A DNA stretch of 64,000 nt from an uncultured Collinsella sp. GTDB taxonomy: Bacteria; Actinomycetota; Coriobacteriia; Coriobacteriales; Coriobacteriaceae. The DNA lies in contig UQTW01000004.1 of the NCBI GenBank assembly GCA_900544115.1, positions 18,302-82,301 on the forward strand. The letters run 5' to 3'. Shown here one piece after another: positions 48,211-57,856 of the stretch (position 1 is the first letter of the stretch; each line of letters begins with the position of its first letter). Under the pieces are notes generated by a model. It was given only the letters and a program-made list of their open reading frames with translations, did not search any database and was not told the origin of the DNA. Position numbers and translations under genes: made by a program.

Positions 48211-49362
48211 CTAGGCGCGGTGCCAGTCGGTCAGGCAGGCATCGAGGGAGGCGATGAGCGCATCCTTGTCCATGTGACGGCCGATGATGCACAGGCTCGT
48301 CATGCGGTCGCCCGTCTCGTCGTCCCAAATCTGCATGATCTCGGGGTTCTCGTCGATGATCTTCTGCTTCTCGCCCTCGGGCGCCGAATCGACAAACAGG
48401 CCGTTCTCCATCAGGCGCATCTGGTGGCCGGCCTGCTCAAACATGTAGCACATGTCCGGATCGCCGGTCTGCCACAGCGGACCCTTGACGCGGATGACCT
48501 CGTCGGGCCACTCCTGCTCAACAAAATTGGTGAACTTCTGCAGGTCAAACGGCTTGCGGCGCGAGTACACAAAGGTCTCGATGTCGTACTCGAGCACCTC
48601 GGGGTCGTCGTGCTCCTCGGGATGCTCCATGGCCTCGATCCAGGCGGCGGAGTTGTAGGCGCGCATAAAGTCGAAGCGGTCGGTGTCGAGCAGCTCCTCC
48701 ATGGGGACCTCGCCGTTTTGGGCCTCGACAATCACGGCGTCCTTCTGCAGGCTGCGCACAATGGCCTTGAGCTCGGCAATCTGCTCAGGCGTGACGGTAT
48801 CGGTCTTGTTGAGGATCAGCGTGGAGCAAAACTCGATCTGCTGGATGAGCAGGCTCTCGATGTCGTCCTCGTCGATATCCTCGGCTAGCAGGTCGCGACC
48901 GCCGTTGAACTCGTCGTACATGCGGGCGCAGTCGACCACGGCCACGATGTTGTCGAGCGCGAGCTTGGGCTCGCCGCCCACCTTGGCCTCGTCGCAGAAG
49001 CTCGAGATGGTGTAGGCGATGGGGATGGGCTCGCAAATACCCGAGGCCTCGATGATGATGTAGTCGAACTTGCCCGAATCGGCGATGCCCTGCAGCTGGT
49101 TGGCCAGATCGTCCGAAAGCGTGCAGCAGATGCAGCCGTTGGTGAGCGGGATGAGGTCGTCGGTCTCGGAAAGGCCGCCGTCGGCGATAAGGCTGGCGTC
49201 GACGTTGATCTCGCCGATATCGTTGACGATCACGGCGGCGCGGATGCCGCCGTCGTTAGCGAGGATGTGGTTGAGCAGCGTGGTCTTGCCGGCACCGAGG
49301 TATCCGGTAAGCATGATGATCTTCACGGGTCTGTTGGGCATGTGCCCTCCTTTGTTAGACAT
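48211..49362 (-). CDS. CobW/G3E-family GTPase, zinc metallochaperone-like (COG0523)
   Basis: Walker A GYLGAGKTT, a GCICCT metal-binding motif, and a C-terminal CobW_C domain. Confidence 0.8.
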   Translation of the reverse strand: MSNKGGHMPNRPVKIIMLTGYLGAGKTTLLNHILANDGGIRAAVIVNDIGEINVDASLIADGGLSETDDLIPLTNGCICCTLSDDLANQLQGIADSGKFDYIIIEASGICEPIPIAYTISSFCDEAKVGGEPKLALDNIVAVVDCARMYDEFNGGRDLLAEDIDEDDIESLLIQQIEFCSTLILNKTDTVTPEQIAELKAIVRSLQKDAVIVEAQNGEVPMEELLDTDRFDFMRAYNSAAWIEAMEHPEEHDDPEVLEYDIETFVYSRRKPFDLQKFTNFVEQEWPDEVIRVKGPLWQTGDPDMCYMFEQAGHQMRLMENGLFVDSAPEGEKQKIIDENPEIMQIWDDETGDRMTSLCIIGRHMDKDALIASLDACLTDWHRA

Positions 49363-49427
49363 GGCTTACAGTTAAATCTTATGCCAAACGCCTGCTCTTA
49401 TACCCACGCGCCGGCAAATAACACAGG

Positions 49428-49769
49428 CTACTCCCAGGCTCCCCACACATCGGGGCAATAACCGACGGTGGCCTTCTTGCCGTTGCGCACGATGGGCTCG
49501 GCCAGAACCTGCTGGTTCTCGAGCAGCTTATCAAAGCGCTGGCTGGGGGTGAGGTGCTGGATGAGTGCGAGCGTCTCCTCGTCCTTGGCTTTGGGGTTGA
49601 GCAGCTTGTCGATGCCGCCGACCGCCTGCATCACGCTCGTGAGCTCGCCCTTGCTCATCTCCCTTTCCTTAAGGTCGATAAACTGCACCTTAATGCGTCG
49701 CTCCTTAAAATAGCGCTGGGCCTTCTTGGTATCGAAGGACTTCTTAGTCCCGAAAATTTGAATATTCAT
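49428..49769 (-). CDS. ArsC/Spx/YffB-family thioredoxin-fold protein
   Basis: MNIQIFGTKKSFDTKKAQRYF has the family fold and the length fits, but it lacks the N-terminal catalytic Cys and is therefore YffB-like. Confidence 0.55.
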   Translation of the reverse strand: MNIQIFGTKKSFDTKKAQRYFKERRIKVQFIDLKEREMSKGELTSVMQAVGGIDKLLNPKAKDEETLALIQHLTPSQRFDKLLENQQVLAEPIVRNGKKATVGYCPDVWGAWE

Positions 49770-49786
49770 ATCTATGTTCCGCCGTT

Positions 49787-50410
49787 CTACCTGATGAAGT
49801 TGGTCCTAGCGCGATCGGCCTGGGGGGCTTCGATGCCGGCGGCCTTTCCCGCCTCGATGCAACGTAGGAGCCAGGCCATGTTTTTGCCGATGTTTCGCAT
49901 GGTGGCAAGGCCTTCGGCGTCCTGGGCGGCCTCGCCCGGCATGGCGCCAAAGACGTTGTTCCAGTAGGTGGATGCCACCACGGGCATCTGGTTGATGGTG
50001 AAGTATTTGTTGAGCACATCGAAGGTGGTCGACGTGCCACCGCGACGGGCAACGGCGACAGCGGCGCCCGGCTTGTGCGCAAAGGCCTTGCTGCCAGCAT
50101 AGAATGCACGGTCGAGGGCAGAGAGGATGCGTCCGCTGGGATGCGCGTAGTAGACGGGCGAACCAAAGACAAAGCCGTCTGCCTGCTCGGCAGCGGCAAT
50201 CAGCTCGTTGACCATATCGTCGTCAAAGGTGCAGCGGCAATCGAGCTTGCCGCACTGGCCGCACCCGATGCAATCGCGAATAGGCTTGGCGCCCAGCTGA
50301 AACACCTGCGTCTCAATGCCCTCTGCGTTGAGCTGCTCGGCAATCTCGGCGAGTGCGCGGTCGGTGTTGCCGTTTGCCTTGGGGCTGCCATTGACCAAAA
50401 GAACCTTCAT
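49787..50410 (-). CDS. NADPH-dependent FMN reductase / iron-sulfur flavoprotein (flavodoxin-like)
   Basis: MKVLLVNGSPKANGNT plus a Cys cluster CIGCGQCGKLDCRC. The track ORF carries a 54-aa 5' extension. Confidence 0.75.
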   Translation of the reverse strand: MKVLLVNGSPKANGNTDRALAEIAEQLNAEGIETQVFQLGAKPIRDCIGCGQCGKLDCRCTFDDDMVNELIAAAEQADGFVFGSPVYYAHPSGRILSALDRAFYAGSKAFAHKPGAAVAVARRGGTSTTFDVLNKYFTINQMPVVASTYWNNVFGAMPGEAAQDAEGLATMRNIGKNMAWLLRCIEAGKAAGIEAPQADRARTNFIR

Positions 50411-50793
50411 CACAAACTCCCTCTGCTGTCGGTGACTTCTGCGGAGGATTATCGCACGAGCGGGCAGATGGCGTGGGGCGCGATTCCAGCGACCGCCCAT
50501 CATGCGCCCCGTCTCGATCGGTAGCTTCATCCGAGTGTTTCTCGGGGCCGGGAAGCCGGCCCCGAGGGCCAACGGCGGGCTCGCTCACCAGGTACGAGAG
50601 GGACACGGTCCAGAGTATGTTGGAGCTCGGGGCCTCATGCAAGCCGATTGTGAGGAGTCTGGGCAGGTCGCCTTCGATGGCGAACTCTGAGGTCTTAGAA
50701 GGCGGGCTGCTGCGGCGGCTATGGTTTATACTAAGGCGGTTGCTATCGAGTAATTCATACTTGGTTTGATTCGATTGTGAATGCGTAACTAGG

Positions 50794-51135
50794 ATGGAAA
50801 GCAAAGGAAACTCTATGGAAACAGAGGATGCTGTTTGCTTGATGACTTCGATTGCCTTGATTGTCCTTTCAATCCAATACCGAAGAGGAAGATGGCTCTG
50901 CTCAATTGCTGGATATGATGTCACAAAAAGGGAGAGCGAGATTGATATACGCCCCTACGCAAAGCTGATTTCTTCTGTGACGTTATGGATGGGGCTGCTG
51001 TTTTTCTTGTGGGCGGTAGAGGGCTGGGTACGCGATTGGAATACCAGCGTTTTTGAAGTTTTGGTTCTACTTCTGTTCAGCTTGGCCTCTTTGTCGTTCG
51101 TGCGGCTCGTTAGGTTTGTGTTTATGAGGCGATAG
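50794..51135 (+). CDS. Small membrane protein (DUF3784-like), 113 aa, in a low-GC patch
   Basis: Three hydrophobic segments, with a ...IAGYDVTKRE... motif resembling DUF3784. The local GC is far below the window average. Confidence 0.4.
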   Translation: MESKGNSMETEDAVCLMTSIALIVLSIQYRRGRWLCSIAGYDVTKRESEIDIRPYAKLISSVTLWMGLLFFLWAVEGWVRDWNTSVFEVLVLLLFSLASLSFVRLVRFVFMRR

Positions 51136-51422
51136 CCAGCGGAAGTGGCTGGACGACAAAATGGACCAATGCAGCCAATTGTCAATAGAATTTGATAGGC
51201 TTGGCTTAACAGATTTACTCGAGGGCATATCCGTGGCGGGGGATAGGTTCTATCTTGTTGAGCACTTATTTGCATCAGGCAAAGTAAACCAAGAGTATCG
51301 AAACGGTGCCCCCGGGCCCGCTAGGGACTGCGGGGGGGGGCGTTCGGCTAACTGCGGGTACGGCCTATTTGCCCAATGTGTTCGCCCGAGATCGGAAATT
51401 AACCATCATGCGCCCCATAACG

Positions 51423-53003
51423 CTAGTCCAGCTTGGTGCCCGGTACCTGTGGCGCCTCTTTAATCAACGCATTAAGTTCGTTCAAAATGGAAACGGGCTG
51501 TCGGTCGACGGCGTCCAGATGAAGCGTCGCCACGCGAAGGGGCGGCTGATATTCAAATGAGCCGAGGAGCACGGGCGATCCCAAGAACCGTTCGATTTCG
51601 TCTGCAACCGCGTCGGTCTCTTCGGGATCAAGCTCGTCAAAGAGCGCCACGAACATCGGTCCGGTCGAGCGGAACAGACGACCCTTGCCGCGCGAGCAAT
51701 CCATGAGGCAGGCGGCGCTTTCTGCCAAAACGCGGTCGCCTGCATCAAAGCCAAAGCGGGCATTGACCTTGGCGATTTCGTCGATTTTAATGGCGATCAA
51801 GCCCGCGTTTCGTGCCACGCGACGCATCTCGCCAATGGCGTTGACCAGGGCGTGGATATCGCCCAGACCGGTCACGGAATCGGTCGTATCTGCCAAGCTT
51901 CGGTTGGTGACAATGCCCACATACATGTTGGGCTCGGTATCGGTGCCGTCCAGGCGGTAACCTGTGCAGTCGCAAAGCGCGTATTTTCCGGCGGTATTCA
52001 TGACGCGATACTGCATGCAGTGGAAGTGCCACGTGCCGTTTACCACCATATCGAGCTCGGCACGTACGTTGTCGCGGTCCTCGGGGTGAACACGGGCAAG
52101 CCATATATCGAGCGAGTTGTAGGGATGCTGGGAGGGTAGGTCAAAATCGCGCACGGCATTAACCGACCATTGCGATTCGCCGGTGTCGAGGTTAATGATG
52201 AACGGATAGCGTGTCTCGGAGCTCATGGAGATCGCTTGGAACACTCGGTCGTTGCAGGGGGGGGGTTGTTCGGTGACCGGGCGTTGCGGCGCATCGCCTT
52301 CTTCCGGTTGTTGCACACGGTACATGAGCTTGTAGCGATACATTTTGCGGTCGGCGTCCTTTGTCATCTGGCGACGCGTATCGCCTGCAAGCGGGTCGAC
52401 GCGCGAGCAGCCAAAGCTAAAGCTGGCGATCATGGGCGCCTTGTCGCCTGATGTTGCCTCGATAAGATTGGCACGCGTCCGCTCCAGGCGCTGCTCGAGT
52501 TCGGCTTCGTCTGTCGTGGGGGATATAAGTACAAATTCGTCTCCACCGATACGGAACAGCAACTCATCGTGCTCCATTGTCTCGGTGAGTGCGCGGCAGA
52601 TGCTCAGGATGTAGCGATTGCCCTCGGTGTGGCCAAACTTATCGTTGCAATGCTTAAGGCGGTCGATATCGATATAGGCACAGGTGAAGGGGGTGCCTTT
52701 GCGCCAGAGCTGATCGACATGGCGGTCGAGTCCGCCACGGTTGCCAAGATTGGTGAGCGAGTCGATATAGGCGCCGCGCTCAAGCAGCTCGCGTTCTTGC
52801 TGCAGGATGGCAAATGTCTTCTGTAGCTGCTCGCCGATGGCGCACAGCTCCGGGGGCAGCGCGGCAACATCGAGCTCGGCGGTTGAGGTCCCGTTCGCAA
52901 GTCGCTGAAGATGAGCGATGATTGATTGCTCGCCCAGGCGATACGACTCGTTCATGATGGATTGCCTCCTTGGATGGAACAATGGTTTGTATCTTACTCC
53001 CAA
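51423..53003 (-). CDS. Signal-transduction protein with GGDEF, PAS-like and degenerate GGDEF domains (diguanylate cyclase)
   Basis: GNRGGLDRH...RIGGDEFVLI is an intact GGDEF with its I-site region. The C-terminal second GGDEF-like domain lacks GGDEF. It contains a C9 run, and its N-terminal domain is paralogous to 53032-55854. Confidence 0.75.
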   Translation of the reverse strand: MGVRYKPLFHPRRQSIMNESYRLGEQSIIAHLQRLANGTSTAELDVAALPPELCAIGEQLQKTFAILQQERELLERGAYIDSLTNLGNRGGLDRHVDQLWRKGTPFTCAYIDIDRLKHCNDKFGHTEGNRYILSICRALTETMEHDELLFRIGGDEFVLISPTTDEAELEQRLERTRANLIEATSGDKAPMIASFSFGCSRVDPLAGDTRRQMTKDADRKMYRYKLMYRVQQPEEGDAPQRPVTEQPPPCNDRVFQAISMSSETRYPFIINLDTGESQWSVNAVRDFDLPSQHPYNSLDIWLARVHPEDRDNVRAELDMVVNGTWHFHCMQYRVMNTAGKYALCDCTGYRLDGTDTEPNMYVGIVTNRSLADTTDSVTGLGDIHALVNAIGEMRRVARNAGLIAIKIDEIAKVNARFGFDAGDRVLAESAACLMDCSRGKGRLFRSTGPMFVALFDELDPEETDAVADEIERFLGSPVLLGSFEYQPPLRVATLHLDAVDRQPVSILNELNALIKEAPQVPGTKLD

Positions 53004-53031
53004 TTCGGTTTAGATTGGGGTATTAGTTAGC

Positions 53032-55854
53032 TCATGGGAACAAGCGCTCCCTCGACGGTGGCGTTTGCGCACGAGCGTATTGGTTGCTGTCGCCACCATC
53101 GAGCAATGCCTCAAAATCCTCCGCCTGCATGGGACGGTAGTAGAGGAAGCCCTGAGCGTAGCGGGCGCCCATTTGGCGTAGCATGTCTGCCTGCTCATTT
53201 GTCTCGATGCCTTCGATCACAACGGGCAGATGGAGCGACTGTGCCATCTCGAGCATTGATGAAATGATTTGCACACTACGGCCTTGATCGCCGTCGACGG
53301 GCACAAACGTGCGGTCGAGCTTGATGACGTCGACGTTGACGTTCTTGAGCATCGCGAGCGTGGACTGGCCGGTGCCAAAATCGTCCATGTAGGTCGAGAA
53401 GCCGCGGTTGTGCAGGTCGGCCGTCAGCTTATCCACAGCTTCGGACTCTCCCGTATAAGCCGTCTCGGTGATCTCGATGCGCATGAGCTCGGGCGGCAGA
53501 TTGTATTGGTCGGCGAGTGCCCCCATATGCTCGGCAACGTCGCAGGCAAGGATATCCACGCGCGACACGTTGAGCGAGATCGGAACCACGCGAAGCCCTC
53601 GATCGATGCGCCCGCGCAGCCACGAGGCAACGCCCTGCCAAACGTATTTGTCGAGCGTCACCACAAAACCGCTTTCCTCGAGAGCGGGGATAAAGGTGAC
53701 GGGTGAAATGAGGGAGCCGTCCTTGTCAATCCAGCGCGTGAGCGCTTCGGCGCCAGTGATCTCGCCGGTTTCCATGTCGACCTGGGGCTGCAGGTAGTAG
53801 GTAATGCGGCCGTTTGAGAGCGCATACTGGAATTCGGTCAGCGTGCGGTGGAACGAGATTTCGCGCTCGTACTCCTCGGGGCGGAAAATGGCAATGCGTT
53901 CCTTAAAGTCGTTTTTTGCGCGCCGATTGGTAAACATGGCCTTGGCCTGCGCATCGATGGTGATTTTCTCGTTGGAGTCGATGGGGTAGACGCCCATGGA
54001 CGGCCAGAATCCCACGCCGTCATCATACTTGGCCACGGCCTGGCGAACGCGGCTATAGATCTGATGGACGGTGTCGTGTTCAAAGGGGATGAGTATGCAA
54101 AAGTCGTCTTGGCCCCAGTACCCTGCGACGCCCATGTTGGCATTCTCGATGTCCTTGAGGACCGTGCCCACATCGGCGAGCATGCGGTCGCCCTCGGCCT
54201 GTCCGTGCCATTCGTTGAACAGTCGCATGTGTCCCATATCGACGGTGGCGATACACCAGGCGCCGTTGCGCCTTGTCTCGAGAAATTCGTTGGCGCGGCG
54301 CATAAACTCGCTGGGTCGATAGAGACCCGTGAGCGAATCGATGCGTTCGGCGATGGCGCTTTTGCGCTCCACCTCGGGTATGGGGAGGCTGTCGTTGGGA
54401 ACAAGCCCGCCGGCCGTGCGAATGCGACGGTCGAGTTCGCCTAAAACGGCGGCCGTTTGATTGGTCAGGTGCTCGTAAAAGGCCGGAACGACAAGACAGA
54501 CGGGGGTAATGGTGTCGTCCGCGATTCGAACGGGAGCGAAAACGGCCTCTTTGAGATGTTGGATCAGTTGCTCGAATGCTTCGTGATCCAAATTGTTGCT
54601 AAGCACGACGAACTGGGCGTTGCGTGAGCGGAAGACGCGACTCCTGCCGCGAGTAATCGACAGCATGCGGCCTGCGTATTCGGCGAGCATGTTGTCGACG
54701 GCCTCGGCCCCGTAGAGCTCGTTGAGCTTTGCCGTGCCGCGAACGCGCACTGCTATAAGCCCCGTCTTGCAATGGTCGCGACGGCAGGCATCGATAGCGT
54801 TGATCAGCGTGCGCTGCATTCCGAGGCCCGTGGCGGCGTCGACGGTCTCGGCAAGCGAGTGGTTGACGAGCTCGCCGACATAGAGCGAGGGGACATTTCC
54901 GTCGCCGTCGATACGAAACCCGCGAGCACGGCCGAGGATGTAGTCGCCGGCGGCATTGCGCACGCGGTACTGCATGACGTGGCGATGTTTGGAGCCGTCA
55001 TAGATTTGGTCGATGTCGTTGGTATAGGCCTCAAGGTCATCGGGATGGACACGCGTTTTCCAGTAATCGTGGCAGTTGTCTATATGCTCCGAAGGAAGAC
55101 CAAGATCGCGCAAGGCGCCTTGTGACCAAAGGGTTCGATGTTTGTCCAAGTTCTCGATAAAGAAATATCGGCCTTCGTTGAGCATCGAAAGGGCGTCGAA
55201 AATGCGATCGCTTATTTCGAAGTCGTCGGTGTGGGCTTGTGCGATATTGCGTCGATCAAGGTGCACGGCATGACGTAGCTTGTAGTCGTACATGCGATGG
55301 TCGGCATCGTTCGTCAAGCGATTGGGGGCTTCGCCCAGGGCGGGGTCGGCGTGTGCCACTCCGTAGCTAAACGAGTGAGGCATCTTGGAAGCGTTGTTTT
55401 CGAGCAGTACCGTTCGGCAGTGTTCCAGACGTTCGGCAAGGTCGTCCTCGGTCGCAATCGTAGATAGGATGGCGAACTCGTCGCCCCCCAGACGAAATGC
55501 CGCCTCGTCCACCTTCATATACAGTTTGAGATAGAGGCTCACCTGCAAGATATAGCGGTTGCCCTCGTCATGTCCAAAGATGTCGTTGCAGTGCTTAAGG
55601 TTATCGATGTCGATAAACGCCATGGTCACGGGCAGTTCCTGCTCCCAGAGTTCCTCTAAGGAACGGGTAAAGCCGCCGCGGTTGCCAAGTCCGGTGAGCT
55701 CGTCGGTAAAGGCGGTCCTGATCAGATCGTCCTGACGCTCCAGAAGGTCACGGATGGTCTTTTCGAGCGTTTCGGTATTATTGCTGGCGTTATCCATACT
55801 GTAAGCGGCTTTCTGAGGTCGGGGCGGATTGCGTCGGGCGAGCTCGTTGTGCAC
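53032..55854 (-). CDS. Multidomain c-di-GMP turnover protein: GGDEF, PAS-like, degenerate GGDEF, GGDEF, EAL
   Basis: RLGGDEFAILS and CILIPFEHD are GGDEF-family cores. The EAL domain has ...GAEALTRW... and the C-terminal ...QGFLYYRPM. The likely start is the internal ATG near 55797 (MDNASNN). Confidence 0.8.
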   Translation of the reverse strand: MHNELARRNPPRPQKAAYSMDNASNNTETLEKTIRDLLERQDDLIRTAFTDELTGLGNRGGFTRSLEELWEQELPVTMAFIDIDNLKHCNDIFGHDEGNRYILQVSLYLKLYMKVDEAAFRLGGDEFAILSTIATEDDLAERLEHCRTVLLENNASKMPHSFSYGVAHADPALGEAPNRLTNDADHRMYDYKLRHAVHLDRRNIAQAHTDDFEISDRIFDALSMLNEGRYFFIENLDKHRTLWSQGALRDLGLPSEHIDNCHDYWKTRVHPDDLEAYTNDIDQIYDGSKHRHVMQYRVRNAAGDYILGRARGFRIDGDGNVPSLYVGELVNHSLAETVDAATGLGMQRTLINAIDACRRDHCKTGLIAVRVRGTAKLNELYGAEAVDNMLAEYAGRMLSITRGRSRVFRSRNAQFVVLSNNLDHEAFEQLIQHLKEAVFAPVRIADDTITPVCLVVPAFYEHLTNQTAAVLGELDRRIRTAGGLVPNDSLPIPEVERKSAIAERIDSLTGLYRPSEFMRRANEFLETRRNGAWCIATVDMGHMRLFNEWHGQAEGDRMLADVGTVLKDIENANMGVAGYWGQDDFCILIPFEHDTVHQIYSRVRQAVAKYDDGVGFWPSMGVYPIDSNEKITIDAQAKAMFTNRRAKNDFKERIAIFRPEEYEREISFHRTLTEFQYALSNGRITYYLQPQVDMETGEITGAEALTRWIDKDGSLISPVTFIPALEESGFVVTLDKYVWQGVASWLRGRIDRGLRVVPISLNVSRVDILACDVAEHMGALADQYNLPPELMRIEITETAYTGESEAVDKLTADLHNRGFSTYMDDFGTGQSTLAMLKNVNVDVIKLDRTFVPVDGDQGRSVQIISSMLEMAQSLHLPVVIEGIETNEQADMLRQMGARYAQGFLYYRPMQAEDFEALLDGGDSNQYARAQTPPSRERLFP

Positions 55855-56116
55855 ATGCGTTGCTGCTCAACGTCTTGCGTGTTTCCAAGCCCCCGCCTTG
55901 CTGCGTCGTTGGGTTTATTTGTCGGTTCGTGCTCTCGGCTGATAACTACTGAGTAGTATAAACAAGTGTATGGAATTATGTAGGGGTGCCCATGTTGCGG
56001 GCGGCCATTATTCGCCAAACGGTAACGCGACGATGTTCGATGAAAATGCGACTGAGACGATATTTGTTGATGGGTATACTTGTTCCGTTTTAAAACGCAG
56101 GAACGGAGATGGTCGC

Positions 56117-56986
56117 ATGGCACAGTCAAATATGACGCGCACGGTGGGGCTGGCGCTCGAGGGAGGCGGCTACCGCGGTATGTATACGGCGGGCGTGCTC
56201 GACGTTTGGATGGAGCACGGTTTGACCTGCGACCATATGGTGGGCGTCTCGGCGGGCGCGGCATTTGGCTACAACCTTAAATCGCGCCAGATCGGCCGCG
56301 CCATTCGCTATAACAAGGCCTATTGCGCCGACAAACGCTATGCGAGCGTGACCAGCTGGCTGCGAACCGGCGATATGTTCAATGCCGATTTTGCCTATCA
56401 CGAGGTGCCCATCGAGCTCGATCCCATCGACCTGGAGGCGTATCGCGCCTGCCCCATGCGGTTTACGTGCGTGTGTACCGATATCGAGACGGGCAAGGCC
56501 GTCTACCACGACCTGCCCTATGGCGACGAGCGGGATATCGAGTGGATCCGGGCATCGTCGGCGATTCCCGTGGCGACGCGTCCCGTTGCTATTGACGGGC
56601 ATAAGTATCTGGATGGTGGCGTGGCCGATTCTATTCCCAGTGCATGGCTGTTTGCGCAGGGGTATGACCGCAATATCGTGGTGCTCACGCAGCCGGCGGG
56701 CTTTGTGAAGCAGCCCAACAGCGTGATGCCCATGCTGCGTCGCGTGTTCCGTCACTATCCGGAGTTTGTCGCAGCGCTTGAGCATCGGCATGAGGTCTAC
56801 AATGCCACGCTCGATGACCTGGCACGTCGCGAGGCTGCCGGCGAGATCTTTGTGGTGCGGCCGAGCGAATCGGTGAAGGTGCCGTCGCTGTGTCGCGAGC
56901 CCGATGAGCTCGAGCGCATCTACCAGATTGGTCGCCGCGATGCGGAGGCGACCTTGCCGGCGTTGGAATCGTATCTGGCGGGGTAG
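56117..56986 (+). CDS. Patatin-like phospholipase
   Basis: GGGYRGMYTAG is the oxyanion GGGxRG motif, GVSAGA is the GxSxG nucleophile, and DGG is the catalytic Asp motif. RBS ggagatgg precedes the ATG at 56117. Confidence 0.8.
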   Translation: MAQSNMTRTVGLALEGGGYRGMYTAGVLDVWMEHGLTCDHMVGVSAGAAFGYNLKSRQIGRAIRYNKAYCADKRYASVTSWLRTGDMFNADFAYHEVPIELDPIDLEAYRACPMRFTCVCTDIETGKAVYHDLPYGDERDIEWIRASSAIPVATRPVAIDGHKYLDGGVADSIPSAWLFAQGYDRNIVVLTQPAGFVKQPNSVMPMLRRVFRHYPEFVAALEHRHEVYNATLDDLARREAAGEIFVVRPSESVKVPSLCREPDELERIYQIGRRDAEATLPALESYLAG

Positions 56987-57008
56987 GGCAAGCTGCCGTG
57001 GACTCGGC

Positions 57009-57116
57009 GGAAAGCGCGTCCCAGAATGAGCGTTCAGACTGGGATGCGGTTTCCCGTTAAGCCTCTATATGGAAAGCGCATCCCAGAATGGACGTCCAAA
57101 CTGGGATGCGCTTTCC
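57009..57116. repeat. Two tandem homologous 46-nt hairpins between convergent genes
   Basis: ggaaagcgcgtcccag-(14)-ctgggatgcggtttcc at 57009-57054 and ggaaagcgcatcccag-(14)-ctgggatgcgctttcc at 57071-57116. There is no T-run, so they are REP-like rather than a classic terminator. Confidence 0.7.
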
Positions 57117-57160
57117 GCTGTCGAAGGTATGAGGCTGCGGAGCAGCTGCTCGGCATAGGC

Positions 57161-57856
57161 CTATGCCTGCTGCCAGGTGTCGACGAGTTCCTTGGCAGCG
57201 GCGTAGGGGTCGTCGGCACTGCAGACGGCGCTCACCACAAAGAAGCCGTCGACGCCGGTGGCCTTGAGCTGCGGCAGGTCGGCCATCTTTACGCCGCCGC
57301 CCACCACGATGGGCACGGGACTTGCCGCGTGGAGTGCGGTCAGGTCCTCAAAGCTCTTGGTGATGATGGAGCCGTCGGCTGCGCGTCCGCAATCGCGCTT
57401 GGTCTCGGTCTCGTGGAGCGGGCCGATGCCCAGGTAGTCGACCAGACTCATGTCGGCGGTCTTGACGTACTCGAGCATCTCCTCGCAGCGGGCCGAAAGG
57501 CCCACGATGGCATCGGGGCCCAGCAGCTTGCGACAGACCTCGACGGGAATATCGCTCTGACCCACGTGCACGCCGTCGACAGCAATACCCTGCTCGCGCG
57601 CGGCAAGTACACAATCCAGACGGTCGTCGATCAACAGGGCGACCTGTCCGGTCTTGCCGGCCTGTGCGATAGCCTTTGCGGCGGCGCCCGTCAGCGCGAT
57701 GATCTCGCGAGCGCTTGCCACCTTAGAGCGCACCTGGATGCAGGTAAAGCCGGCGTCGAGCGCCTGTGCCACCACATCGCCCACGGGGCGTCCGAGGGTG
57801 TTTTCGGGGCCGAGTACCAGATAAGCCGAGATATCAAGGTTGTCGCGGATGCTCAT
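57161..57856 (-). CDS. thiE: Thiamine-phosphate synthase
   Basis: LVLGPEN..., IQVRSK, GVHVGQSD, YLGIGP, VVGGGV are conserved ThiE motifs. Confidence 0.85.
   Translation of the reverse strand: MSIRDNLDISAYLVLGPENTLGRPVGDVVAQALDAGFTCIQVRSKVASAREIIALTGAAAKAIAQAGKTGQVALLIDDRLDCVLAAREQGIAVDGVHVGQSDIPVEVCRKLLGPDAIVGLSARCEEMLEYVKTADMSLVDYLGIGPLHETETKRDCGRAADGSIITKSFEDLTALHAASPVPIVVGGGVKMADLPQLKATGVDGFFVVSAVCSADDPYAAAKELVDTWQQA

Noticed and set aside
50530-50790. Possible structured ncRNA (tmRNA/SRP/RNase P-like GC-rich region) upstream of the low-GC patch
   Set aside because: No tmRNA tag ORF or T-arm, no SRP domain IV motif and no RNase P P4 consensus were found. It is probably just a 5' leader and divergent promoter region.
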